DNA of 64,000 nt from an uncultured Nitrososphaerota archaeon (GTDB lineage Archaea > Thermoproteota > Nitrososphaeria > Conexivisphaerales > DTJL01). Each line of letters opens with the position of its first letter. The stretch's first letter is position 1. The stretch covers positions 448,001-512,000 of the forward strand of contig CAWJIE010000003.1 of the NCBI GenBank assembly GCA_963842885.1, written 5' to 3'. This document shows, in pieces, positions 29,433 through 39,172 of this stretch. Made by a program: the position numbers and the translations under genes. The notes below the pieces were generated by a model, which made no database searches, was not told where the DNA came from, and saw only the letters and a program-made list of their open reading frames with translations.

Positions 29433-31841
29433 TTATGATGTCTTTGGACTCTCGATTGGGACCTGGTCATGCTTACCTTTGGATTGCCTCGGCAACACGA
29501 CCTTCCAAAGGACGATTCCCACCGCCACTAGGATGATAGCTATCAGAATGGACGTGTTGATCCAATCTATCGAGAAGCTTGCCTGCAGGCTCTCGGGCGA
29601 GTTCACTGCTATGCTGACTCCAGTCTGGCCTGAAGATGTCGCTCCCGACCACCCGTCAAATTTGAACAGGAAGAGCTCAGGGCTGGCTGTAAGCTGGACT
29701 GTTGACCCCAAGGGCACGAATAGTGTCTTATTGGTCGAGCTTTCAACTCTGCCAGTGAGCGAGGATGAGCCATAGGAGACGCTTCCGAAGCTCGAAGTGT
29801 CAACTGAGAGACCAGGATAGAACACAGCGCTCTCGATAATTGGATTCTGGACCGTAATGGTATACGGATTGCTCGTTCCGTCATAAGAGCCGACTCCCGA
29901 AGCGTTCCAAACCACGAACTGCCACCCCTCGTTTGGATTCGCAGAAAGCTGAATCTGTTCGCTGGAATTGTACCAGTCAGTCTGAGGAGACACCAACCCG
30001 CTCTGCTCAGGATTGAGGAGGATTTGAACGTAATACTGATGATAATAGAGGGGAGACAAGACGACGGCCGAGCTCACCGAACCTGTGGTTGCCTGTGCCA
30101 GGACCGACCATCTCTCGTTCGAAGAAGCATAGGCAGCTCCGTCGTAGCTGAAAGACGTACCTGCGTCAAGCCAATTGGGACTGGGGGTTGCGGCTATCGG
30201 AGAAGCGGCTGACACTCCGAAAGCGGTTCCAGACAACACCGGAGAATTGGGGCTCCCGCCACCCATGACGACATATCCTACGGAGATGGCGAATTGGTGA
30301 TAGTACATCACAGAGAATGAGGCACTGGATCCAACCACGCCTGTCGCGGACTGAGTGGCCCACCGTTCGTTTCCGGACGATCCCGGCAACGGATTCTGAA
30401 AGGAATACGATGAGCCAGCGTCCACGAAGACCGAAGAACCGAGTGTAATGTACGCAGGCGACCCGAACTCGCTGACGCTCACGCTTGGCTGCGAGTAACC
30501 GGTGCCACCGTTCGCGACGCCATAGAGGAAGGATGCGCGAAACTGGTGGAAATACACGAAGCTCAACCTCATGCCATTAGTGGGAGTGCCACTGGTCTGC
30601 TGTTGCGTGTCCCAAATCTCGTTCGAGGTTGAGCCGGACAGCACGCCGTCCGCGCTCCACGAAGACCCGCTGTCCAGGTAGATGGTGCTAGGAGCAGTGG
30701 AAAGCTGGATGCTGTACCGAATACCGCCGAAAGTGTATGTGAAGGATGGTGGAGAATATCCACTTCCACCGCCTTGAACCGAATAGCTCACGGTAACCCT
30801 GTCAAGGTTGTATCCTCCTGTGATGAACAGATACGCGTCCGAAGCCTCCGTGGCGCCGTTGGAAGAGAAAAACTGCAACGTGTTCGGATTAGTGTAAGAA
30901 ACGACGCCCGTGGAGACCGAGAACAACACCTGGCTAGTGCCCGGCACATATTCATCTATCCACATCCAGGCTGAAGATTTCGCTATGTCGTTTTCCCAAT
31001 ACGTCACAGTTGCCTCTCCTCCATAGTAAGCAGAGGAATGGTACCATTCCGTCATGAGCCCAGTGAAGAAACCTTTGCTACTGGAAAACGATGAAGCGAG
31101 ACCTACGAAAGAGGAAGAGCCCTCCTGGCTGAACGTCTGTTCGGCGCCTGCCCCCGTGCTGTAGTCATGTGCCAGCATCACTACGTTGCCGCCGGAGAAA
31201 TACAAGTTAAGGAGGACCGTATCCCCCTGGTTGACGGTCCCTGAGAAGGATTGTACTCCACCTCCTCCACTTGCTGGGTAGATTGAATGGCCACTTGAGT
31301 CAAAGACTTCGTAGAGCATCTTGAAGCCCGAGGTGTCGGGCCAATTCCACGTGAGGCCCACCTGATACCAGTATCCCTGGTCGGTAAGGCCATTCAGCAG
31401 ATAGCCTGGGCCGTACCCATCGCTGTCCACCTGAGCCACGGCGGTGACGTTGTAGGCCATGCTTGTGAAGCTCTGGGTGAAAGTCAATCCCAGCTGTTCG
31501 TCGTAGGTCGGGGATGGATCGTCAAGTGGGTGATTTGGGCTGATTGCAGGTGGCAGCTCCAATCCAGCGAACCGATAGCCTTGTTGTTGGTCCGAGACGG
31601 AATTGGGGCTGACGGGTGCCAATATCGTGGGACGGCACAGCGAGCAAGAGTAAGAACCGGCTGATCCCGGTGCCGTTGAAATTTCAGCCCCCGTTGCGGA
31701 GGGATTCATTACAGAGGGAGTTGCTCCAATGGCGGCCCCATGAGGTGCTGCCCAGCCAAGAGCGACCAGCATTACGACTACCAGAACGCAGGCAGGTAAC
31801 CTCTTGCTAATCCGCCTGATCAGGCAGCCATGGACCTTCAT
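29433..31841 (-). CDS. Secreted, C-terminally membrane-anchored surface protein with tandem beta-rich repeats
   Basis: Signal-like N-terminus, Ser/Gly/Thr/Tyr-rich body, three ~85-aa repeats ending Y(F/Y)HQ, two InlB-B-repeat-like units (F..W.G) and a C-terminal TM helix with basic tail. Confidence 0.8.
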   Translation of the reverse strand: MKVHGCLIRRISKRLPACVLVVVMLVALGWAAPHGAAIGATPSVMNPSATGAEISTAPGSAGSYSCSLCRPTILAPVSPNSVSDQQQGYRFAGLELPPAISPNHPLDDPSPTYDEQLGLTFTQSFTSMAYNVTAVAQVDSDGYGPGYLLNGLTDQGYWYQVGLTWNWPDTSGFKMLYEVFDSSGHSIYPASGGGGVQSFSGTVNQGDTVLLNLYFSGGNVVMLAHDYSTGAGAEQTFSQEGSSSFVGLASSFSSSKGFFTGLMTEWYHSSAYYGGEATVTYWENDIAKSSAWMWIDEYVPGTSQVLFSVSTGVVSYTNPNTLQFFSSNGATEASDAYLFITGGYNLDRVTVSYSVQGGGSGYSPPSFTYTFGGIRYSIQLSTAPSTIYLDSGSSWSADGVLSGSTSNEIWDTQQQTSGTPTNGMRLSFVYFHQFRASFLYGVANGGTGYSQPSVSVSEFGSPAYITLGSSVFVDAGSSYSFQNPLPGSSGNERWATQSATGVVGSSASFSVMYYHQFAISVGYVVMGGGSPNSPVLSGTAFGVSAASPIAATPSPNWLDAGTSFSYDGAAYASSNERWSVLAQATTGSVSSAVVLSPLYYHQYYVQILLNPEQSGLVSPQTDWYNSSEQIQLSANPNEGWQFVVWNASGVGSYDGTSNPYTITVQNPIIESAVFYPGLSVDTSSFGSVSYGSSSLTGRVESSTNKTLFVPLGSTVQLTASPELFLFKFDGWSGATSSGQTGVSIAVNSPESLQASFSIDWINTSILIAIILVAVGIVLWKVVLPRQSKGKHDQVPIESPKTS

Positions 31842-32033
31842 CAAACCTGGTTCCAGCCCTCTCACAAATCGGCCGCAGACTGACTGCAAGTGACGCATGA
31901 ATAGCCGGCGGCTTCCGGGCGCTGAAGGCCCGACAAGTGGGAATCCCTTGCGAGAAGCGAGCCGAACATGGAGTTCCTTATGAGCCTCGTGAAACACGTG
32001 CTAATAGACCCCCGGGTAGAAGGGAACATAGTT

Positions 32034-33269
32034 TCAAAGGCCCTTGACACTTTGATCGGCGGCGTACTTTATCTGCCGCTCAAGCATAGGCGGAAGGCCG
32101 GGCACCTTGACTTCTAGGAAGCCCCTGACTAGCACTGACACAGCCTCGTCCCTCCTCAGGCCCTTTGACATCAGGTAGAAGATCTCTTCTTCGGCCAGCT
32201 TCCCTACGGCTGCCTCATGCGTCAACTCTACGTCGCTTGCTGTGGAGTCGAGCTCCGGGACCGCCGTTATCCTAGAGGTGTCGCTCAGCATCAGCCCACG
32301 GCATTCGATGTGGCCCTTGCTGCCGCTGGACCTGGCATGGATTCTGGCCCTCGCCACGATCCTGGAGTGGTCCTTCGAAATGCACTTCGAAATGATCTCG
32401 GCCTTCGATTCCTTGCCCGTCATCAACACTGAAGAGCCCAAGTCTATGTCGGCGGAGGCCTTCCCCACGACGAGCGACGACAGAAAGGCCCTCGCTTTGT
32501 CCCCTTTGAGATGCACCGAAGGGTACATCTGGATGCTGGCGAGACCTTTGGAGCTCAGATTGATGTAGCTGCTTATGAAGGCGCCCCCGTCTTCGACCAC
32601 GGCGGCCGTCCTGGGACGGACGTTCGTCGTAGGGGCCCAGTCATGTATCATCGTGAAGGTGACCGTTGCCCCCTTCTTGACGTAGAATTCAGTTATCCCG
32701 ACGTGTAGACCCACCGCTTCGGGCACTATCCCACAGCCGGTCACGACGTGAACGGTCGACCCCTCCTCCGCCACCACTACGTTGTGGGGGGCCTGGAAGG
32801 AAATGGGGGACTTGATGAAGAGGCACGTCTGCACAGGGAGCTCCACCACCTGCCCCGGCTTCGTAAGTATGACGTAGCCCGCCTTGCCGAAGAGCTTAGC
32901 TGACGCTGTGAACTTGTCCTGCCCCACATCGATCAGTTTCCAGTAGTAGTCCTGGACGAAGTGCTCGTCCTGCAGCGCCTCCTCCAAGGTGAGGAGTTCG
33001 AGATTCGGATACAGCTTCTTCCTGTAGATGACCGAATTATCAAACTGGACGTACGTCCCCGCCTTGGACTGCTCATTGGAGTCGATTCCGATGCCGTTCA
33101 ACTGTCTCAGTGTGCCATCGGGCAGGTCCTCCATCCTTTCGATCTTCTCGGAGGTCTCAGTCGGGCCCACGTATTTCCGTACGTCGACGTAAGAGCCGAA
33201 CGCGGGCTCTACAGCCAATGACCCCTTGGCTCGCGTATTCAGTTCGTCTGTCCGGCGAAGCTCGCTCAT
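32034..33269 (-). CDS. sufB: SufB/SufD-family Fe-S scaffold (SmsB type)
   Basis: PVQTCL, HVVTGC, HVGITEFYV, GHIECRGL, AVPEL and THEAAVGK. Confidence 0.92.
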   Translation of the reverse strand: MSELRRTDELNTRAKGSLAVEPAFGSYVDVRKYVGPTETSEKIERMEDLPDGTLRQLNGIGIDSNEQSKAGTYVQFDNSVIYRKKLYPNLELLTLEEALQDEHFVQDYYWKLIDVGQDKFTASAKLFGKAGYVILTKPGQVVELPVQTCLFIKSPISFQAPHNVVVAEEGSTVHVVTGCGIVPEAVGLHVGITEFYVKKGATVTFTMIHDWAPTTNVRPRTAAVVEDGGAFISSYINLSSKGLASIQMYPSVHLKGDKARAFLSSLVVGKASADIDLGSSVLMTGKESKAEIISKCISKDHSRIVARARIHARSSGSKGHIECRGLMLSDTSRITAVPELDSTASDVELTHEAAVGKLAEEEIFYLMSKGLRRDEAVSVLVRGFLEVKVPGLPPMLERQIKYAADQSVKGL

Positions 33270-34063
33270 CCGAGGTCAGCTCCTCCTTCCTTGGCAGGCT
33301 CTCCGGCCGCCGGCTGCCGTCTTCCGTAGCACTGGACGCACCAGTCGAAGCCGTGCTTCATGACGTCGTTCACCAGGCCCTCCGTTTCTCCATAGCAGAT
33401 TATCTTTCCGCTTTGCATCAGGTAGGTCCTCTGGGCCAATACGTATCTTGATATGTGTCCCGTATGCGTCACTATCAGCGCCGAAGGTCTTTCGCCCGCG
33501 TTTCCAGGACCGGGGCCTATGAGTTCGTTGATGGCTCCGCCCACAGTGGCCATATTCTCCACATCCACGCCCGAATCTGGCTCATCTATCAACGAGAGAG
33601 TGGGCCTCTGGAGCAGGAGGAAGAAGAGCTCCGCCCGCTTTATCTCGCCACCACTGAAGCCGACGTGAATGTCCCTGTCGAGGAAGCCGCTGAGGCTCAG
33701 GAGAGAAGCTGCCTTCTCCACGTTTGCCTGGCCACCCTGGGTATGTTGGAGCCTATTGGCCAAGCTTCGTAACGTGACGCCTCTTATCCTGGGTGGGAAC
33801 TGGAAGGACACGCCCAGACCAAGCAACGCCCTTTCCTCGGTCGGCAACGATGTTACGTCTTTCCCATTGAAACGGATGGTCCCACTCTTTACCTTGTAGT
33901 TCGGATGTCCCAGTATAGAAAGGATCAGAGATGACTTCCCGGAGCCGTTGGGTCCCATCAGCAAGGCCGTCTCCCCGAAGCCTATCGACAGTGACAGGTC
34001 GTTGAGGACCCTCTTGCCCTCGACGTCTACTGTGAGGCCACTTACGTCTAGCAACATCGGCAT
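33266..34063 (-). CDS. sufC: SufC-family ABC ATPase (SmsC type)
   Basis: GPNGSGKS, FSGGEIKRAE, IDEPDSGVD, VTH and C-terminal C...CVQC. Confidence 0.92.
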   Translation of the reverse strand: MPMLLDVSGLTVDVEGKRVLNDLSLSIGFGETALLMGPNGSGKSSLILSILGHPNYKVKSGTIRFNGKDVTSLPTEERALLGLGVSFQFPPRIRGVTLRSLANRLQHTQGGQANVEKAASLLSLSGFLDRDIHVGFSGGEIKRAELFFLLLQRPTLSLIDEPDSGVDVENMATVGGAINELIGPGPGNAGERPSALIVTHTGHISRYVLAQRTYLMQSGKIICYGETEGLVNDVMKHGFDWCVQCYGRRQPAAGEPAKEGGADLG

Positions 34064-34435
34064 GGTGATTGGATGCCCCGATAGTTAATCCTTCTGCGAA
34101 GCGAGGGCGGAGGTGAGTAGAGAGCTGGTCAGGTGGGAGCTGCGGAGCTTGGCTCCACTTTGAAAGGGACGCCATAAGGGCCTCGAAGGCCACGGTCTCC
34201 ATTTACGGCTGTGATACCGATGCGCTCTCGTCTATGTACGGGCTTCTGGTCAGGAATGGGACGAACGGGCATGAGGGATACGGCTTTACGAATACACGAG
34301 GCAACTATTATGGCAAGACCCAACTTAGCGGCCATCTTCGTACCTTCGGCGGCCTCGCCCCCTAGACTGCTTGTCGGCCTTCTTCTGCTCGACCTGTGTG
34401 CCGTTAAATGTCGTGAGAAGCTCTTACTTTGGACC

Positions 34436-35389
34436 TTGAAGGAGGGGTTTCACTATGTTTACGAGCGCAACGGGAACGGCAGGGAGCGCTACGTCTATTA
34501 TTGTTCGGCCTGCTCGTGCGTCCTGGGCGTCAGGAAGGAGGTCCAGTCCGTCGGCGACCTGATGGACGGCCTCGAAGGGAAGTGCCCCGGATGCGGGAAC
34601 ACTTTGGAAGGGTCGATGGAATGCCGCTTCATCAAGGTGGCCGACGAATGGTCGGACATCGACCTGGCTCCACCTCGCAGGAGCAACGGGGAGCGCGTCG
34701 CCTTCCACCGGGCGTCCACGCTCATGCCCTTCTCGCTTGGCTTCCCAAAGCTCGACCTGCTGGTCCAGCCCTTGGGCCCCGGCAAGCTGCTGATGCTCAC
34801 AAGCGGCGGCGCGCCCGTCGCAGCGGAGCTGGCGACGCTCAGGGCCCAGCTATCATATGAGAGGGGAGGCCTCGATTCGACTTCGGTCTTCGTGGACGGG
34901 GGGAACTGCTCCCATCCGTACCTGTTCGCCTCCTTCGCCCGCCAGCATGGAATGGACCCGAAGAGGGCTCTGAGGAGGGTCGTGACGTGTAGGGCCTTCA
35001 CGATGTACCAGTTGGCTGACCTCGTTTCGAACCATTTGATTGATGCCGTAGACGAGAACGCGTCGAAGCTCGTAGTCATAGCCGACCTCCTTGGCACATT
35101 CAACGAGCCGGGGCTGGACTGGAGGGAGGCCGGACGGCTCCTGGACGCCGTGAAGGGCGGCCTAGACAGGCTGCTGGCCAGGGACGTACATGTCCTCTGC
35201 ACTCTCGCCTCTCCCAGTAGGCTAGACAATCTGGTCTTCCCCTGGGCGGACAAGCTTGTGGAGATGCCCGTCCTGAACGGAACGGTGCGCGCTAGGCTTG
35301 TCAGGGGGACCCCGAAGTTCAGGGCGACATGCGATTTCAAGATGGAAGACCTGCTCAGGTCTGCCTTGGTCAGGGCGGTGGCCCGCTGA
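34436..35389 (+). CDS. Zn-ribbon plus inactive RadA/RecA-fold protein (first gene of the PolB2 cassette)
   Basis: CSAC...CPGC ribbon, then LGFPKLDLL, AQL..ERGGLD, VFVDGGN and RAFTMYQL as in RadA. No GxxxxGKT in the P-loop position. TTG start inferred. Confidence 0.8.
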   Translation: MKEGFHYVYERNGNGRERYVYYCSACSCVLGVRKEVQSVGDLMDGLEGKCPGCGNTLEGSMECRFIKVADEWSDIDLAPPRRSNGERVAFHRASTLMPFSLGFPKLDLLVQPLGPGKLLMLTSGGAPVAAELATLRAQLSYERGGLDSTSVFVDGGNCSHPYLFASFARQHGMDPKRALRRVVTCRAFTMYQLADLVSNHLIDAVDENASKLVVIADLLGTFNEPGLDWREAGRLLDAVKGGLDRLLARDVHVLCTLASPSRLDNLVFPWADKLVEMPVLNGTVRARLVRGTPKFRATCDFKMEDLLRSALVRAVAR

Positions 35390-35649
35390 TGGGGAGGACC
35401 GTTCCTTCTTTCAGGATCGCTGAGGCCCAAGAAGCCGAAGAGTGGAAGGCCTTCAGGAGGGCTCTCCCCAAGGGAGAGAGAAAGCTCTTCGACGAAATGC
35501 TGGACACCGCCCGGCTCTACATTTCAGCCTCTTCCTCCGCCGTGAGGACCTCTCGATTCGAAGGCGTGGCCATGGCCCTCCTCTTCCATCACTTCAGGGA
35601 ACTCAGGGAGATCATGGAGCTCACCGGAGAAGGGAGGGGCGCCGTGTGA
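35389..35649 (+). CDS. Small helical PolB2-associated protein (arCOG07300-like), copy 1
   Basis: MGRTVPSFR...W..FRRAL...ER.LFD.M signature; TGATG coupling to the upstream gene. Confidence 0.8.
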   Translation: MGRTVPSFRIAEAQEAEEWKAFRRALPKGERKLFDEMLDTARLYISASSSAVRTSRFEGVAMALLFHHFRELREIMELTGEGRGAV

Positions 35650-35897
35650 GCCTGGACGGAGGGGAGATGCTCAAGGAGATGGAGAGCTGGAGGGGCTTTG
35701 GGGACGCCCTTCGCGCGGAGGACAGGGAGCTCTTCAGAGAGATGATGAGGCAATGCCAGGAGCTCCTCCCCGCCATGGAGGCCAAGTCCTCCCCCTTCCC
35801 CAGCGAGGCGCTCTTCATGGGCCTCATCTTCCTCCAGCACAAGACCATCCTCTGGCTGCAGAAGGAAGTGGAAAGGCTCGGGCGCGAGCGGGGATGA
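35646..35897 (+). CDS. Small helical PolB2-associated protein, divergent copy 2
   Basis: W.GF.DALR.EDR.LF.EM...P.EALFMGL aligns by eye with copy 1; GTGA and ATGA overlaps on both sides. Confidence 0.75.
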   Translation: MSLDGGEMLKEMESWRGFGDALRAEDRELFREMMRQCQELLPAMEAKSSPFPSEALFMGLIFLQHKTILWLQKEVERLGRERG

Positions 35898-38143
35898 ATG
35901 GCTGGGTCCTTGACCTCTACCCGGGGGACCCCGGTGAGATGGTCGTCTGGCTGAAGGAGGGGGCTAACAGGGCGACCAGGCTCGTGGACCGATGGACTCC
36001 CCCGTTCTACGTGGCCTGCGACTCCAAGGACGATTTAAGGGCCCTGGCCGGAGAGGAATGGCTGGCTTCGGAGGCGGAACGGTTGGCCTTCGTCGCCAGA
36101 TATGCGAAGGTCACCGACAGGGAGAGGAGCGAAGTCCTCGAGATCAAGGTCAGGGACGCCAAGGCCATGCTGCGCCTCGCCGCCAAGGTGGAGGGCTCGA
36201 AGCCCTTCGGCTTCTACAGGATATACAATGCCGACGTGCCCCCCGCGCAGACCTACCTATACGAAAGGGACCTCTTCCCCCTGGCATACTGCAAGGTGAA
36301 CGAATCCGGGGGCGGGCTCGAATGGCAGCTCCAGGACGACGTCTGGTCCTGCGACTACCCTCCCCCTCCCCTCTCGACGGCCTTCCTGCGCGTCGAGATA
36401 GACAGGGAAGGCATCCTGCCGCGGAACAGCGACTCAATCAAGAGAATCAGTCTCAAGGCTAAAGGAAAGGAGAGGCTCATAGATTCCGGTCCCGAGGGCG
36501 AGAAGCTGAGGGCCTTGGTGGAAGCCCTGAAGGAGGTCGACCCCGACATCCTCTTCACCGATGGTGGGGACTCCTTCCTCTTCCCCTACCTTGCCGGCCG
36601 GGCCCGCGAACTTGGCGCCTATGATGAGCTGGTCTTGGGCAGAGACGGGGGGAAGCTGGAGCTTCCCTCCAGGGCTGGCACCTCCTTCTTCAGCTATGGC
36701 AGGATCCAGTACCGTTCCTCCACGGTCGGGCTCAGGGGAAGGATACACGTGGACGTCGCCAACTCCTTCGCCGTCTCCGAGGTGGGGTTGGACGGCCTCT
36801 ACGAGCTCTCTAGGACCTGCAGGATGCCCCTCCACACCTCCAGCAGGGCCAGCATCGGGAGGGCCCTTTCCTCCATCCAGTTCTACCATGCCTTCAGGCA
36901 GGGCCTCTTGGTGCCCTGGAAGCCCACCCTGGCGGAGCACTTCAAGAGCAGGCTGGAGCTGCTGGTGGCGGACAGGGGAGGCTTCATCTTCGAGCCCCGG
37001 CTGGGTCTCTATGAAGGAATCGCCGAATTTGACTTCTCCGCGCTCTACCCCAACATCATGCTGAAGAAGAACATCTCGGGGGAGACGGTGAAGTGCGACT
37101 GCTGCCCCGACTCGAAGAACAGGGTCCCTGAGCTGGGGTGGAACGTGTGCGAGAGGAGGGTGGGGATAGTCCCCCGGGCCATGGAGATCGTCGTCGGGAA
37201 GAGGCTGCGATACAAGAAGCTCAAGGCGGAGGCGAGGAGCGAAGAGGAGAGGGCGAAGTACGACGGCAGGCAGATGGCGCTGAAGTGGATTGGTGTCTGT
37301 TCATTCGGTTATCTCGGTTACAACAACGCCAAATTCGGGAGGATCGACGCCCACATCGCCGTCTGCGCCTGGGACAGGAAGATTCTCCTCGATTCGGCTA
37401 GGGTGGCCGAGGCGAAGGGCTTCAGGGTGATTCATGGCATCGTGGATTCCCTCTGGGTCAAGAAGGAGGGGGCGACCGAAGGAGACTGCCTGGAGCTCAA
37501 AGACGAGATAGAGAGGGCGACGGGCTTCGACCTCTCCTTCGAAGGTGTGTACAGGTGGATGGCCTTCCTCCCGTCGAAGGTCAACCCCTCCCTCCCGGTC
37601 TCGAACAGGTACTTCGGGGCGTACAGGAGCGGCGAGCTGAAGGTGAGGGGGATAGAGGCCAGGAGGCACGACACCCCTCTCCTCTTCACGAAGTGCCAGA
37701 TGGAAATGCTTTCCGTCCTAGCGAAGGCTTCGGGAGCCGAAGAGGCCAAGAGGATGGTCCCAGATTGCGTCTCCATCTTTGAAAGATATGCCCAGGCCAT
37801 CATTAGAGGCGAAGTGTCCGCGGAGGAGCTGGTCATCTCGAGGAGCCTGTCGAAGGTCCCATCGGAGTACCTCTCCGACACGCTAGAGGCGTCAGCGGCC
37901 TCGCGGTTGGAGGAAGCGGGGCTGGAGCTGCACCCCGGACAGAGCGTAGGGTACGTCATAGCGGACTACGAATCGAAGGGGAGAAGGTACAGGACCGTTC
38001 CGGCTGAGCTTCTCGACGCCCGAAGCCGATACGACCGCCGAAGGTACGTGGAGCTCCTTGCCGAAGCCTCCGCCACCGTCCTCGAACCCTTCGACTCGCC
38101 GTTAGCTTCGCGACTTCAAATGATGCGGGTGCCAGCTGACTAG
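35894..38143 (+). CDS. polB2: Family B DNA polymerase, PolB2 group
   Basis: Motif A DFSALYPNIM, motif B RQMALKW...SFGYLGY, altered motif C HGIVDS, NRYFG and RGIEARRHD; exonuclease motifs degenerate. Confidence 0.92.
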   Translation: MNGWVLDLYPGDPGEMVVWLKEGANRATRLVDRWTPPFYVACDSKDDLRALAGEEWLASEAERLAFVARYAKVTDRERSEVLEIKVRDAKAMLRLAAKVEGSKPFGFYRIYNADVPPAQTYLYERDLFPLAYCKVNESGGGLEWQLQDDVWSCDYPPPPLSTAFLRVEIDREGILPRNSDSIKRISLKAKGKERLIDSGPEGEKLRALVEALKEVDPDILFTDGGDSFLFPYLAGRARELGAYDELVLGRDGGKLELPSRAGTSFFSYGRIQYRSSTVGLRGRIHVDVANSFAVSEVGLDGLYELSRTCRMPLHTSSRASIGRALSSIQFYHAFRQGLLVPWKPTLAEHFKSRLELLVADRGGFIFEPRLGLYEGIAEFDFSALYPNIMLKKNISGETVKCDCCPDSKNRVPELGWNVCERRVGIVPRAMEIVVGKRLRYKKLKAEARSEEERAKYDGRQMALKWIGVCSFGYLGYNNAKFGRIDAHIAVCAWDRKILLDSARVAEAKGFRVIHGIVDSLWVKKEGATEGDCLELKDEIERATGFDLSFEGVYRWMAFLPSKVNPSLPVSNRYFGAYRSGELKVRGIEARRHDTPLLFTKCQMEMLSVLAKASGAEEAKRMVPDCVSIFERYAQAIIRGEVSAEELVISRSLSKVPSEYLSDTLEASAASRLEEAGLELHPGQSVGYVIADYESKGRRYRTVPAELLDARSRYDRRRYVELLAEASATVLEPFDSPLASRLQMMRVPAD

Positions 38144-38564
38144 AGTCGACTGCGATGTTGATTCCCTCCGTTAAACCGAATGCGACCGGCTAGGCCTCGG
38201 GCTCAATCTGTTGAGGTAACACGAACCCTTCTCCGCTGCCAGCCCACAGTCATAGTGGTCATGGAGGAATACGACCGCCAAGAAGAGCCCATCCTCGACA
38301 CGTTGAGTACGTCCTCCACCGCCGCAGGGGGGTTGACCAGGTACGTCATCTTCTCCGCCGTTTCGCGGAACGGCATGGCCCGGGCTGACCTCAGGGACTC
38401 CATAAGGGCTTCGAAGTCGCTACTCCTCGTCCCGAAGCTCACGGTGCGAGCGTGCATGGTCGTTGGACAAGCCTATGGTCCTGATAGTGACTAGTGGTGG
38501 TATAGGGGCGGTGGGGCTTGCCGTCAGCCCCGCGTCCCATGCGAAGGAGGATTCGTAAACATGC

Positions 38565-39074
38565 TTACAGCAAGCCCAGCGTGAAGAGCTTCAGCCTGAG
38601 GATCAGGCCGAAGGTCAACGGGTTGGAGTGCCGCTCCCTTCCCCACGGGAATTCGTCGACGCAATCGGGATTCGAGCAGAGGAGCTGAACAGGGTGGCCA
38701 ATGAGGAGCTGCCTCACCTGCTCGTCGTCGAGGATCGCCGTCACATCGGTGCCACACCTGCCGCATTTCACCTTGTAACTTCCCTCTAGAAGCTCCACGA
38801 TACGCTCCGGCAGCTTGGAGATGGCTTCGCTCAAGGCCCGCTGCGTCTTCTCGTGCGACTCGGCTAGCTCGCCTTTCGACTCGGCGAGCTCCTCCCTCAT
38901 TCGCCCGAGTTCGAGGTCCCCCTCGCTGACCGCTTCCCTGAGCCGTGCGATCTCCCCGTCCTTGGCCTTCAATCTCTCCCTGTAGAGCCTATCCAGCTCC
39001 TTCAAACCGGCCAGAATGGCGTCGACGTCTCTGCGGTACGGCGGTTCCTCGGGTTTCTCCACGCCCTCCACCAT
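38565..39074 (-). CDS. Coiled-coil plus Zn-finger-like hypothetical protein
   Basis: Heptad-rich N-terminal half, then CGRC and CSNPDC. Confidence 0.7.
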   Translation of the reverse strand: MVEGVEKPEEPPYRRDVDAILAGLKELDRLYRERLKAKDGEIARLREAVSEGDLELGRMREELAESKGELAESHEKTQRALSEAISKLPERIVELLEGSYKVKCGRCGTDVTAILDDEQVRQLLIGHPVQLLCSNPDCVDEFPWGRERHSNPLTFGLILRLKLFTLGLL

Positions 39075-39172
39075 GTCCGATATCTATTTAGTGAACGCCT
39101 CCTCTAAACGGTTTCTCTGTCGGACGGTGCTTAGCTTCAAGGAGGATACACGTATATCGTTCGGCAGGTAAG

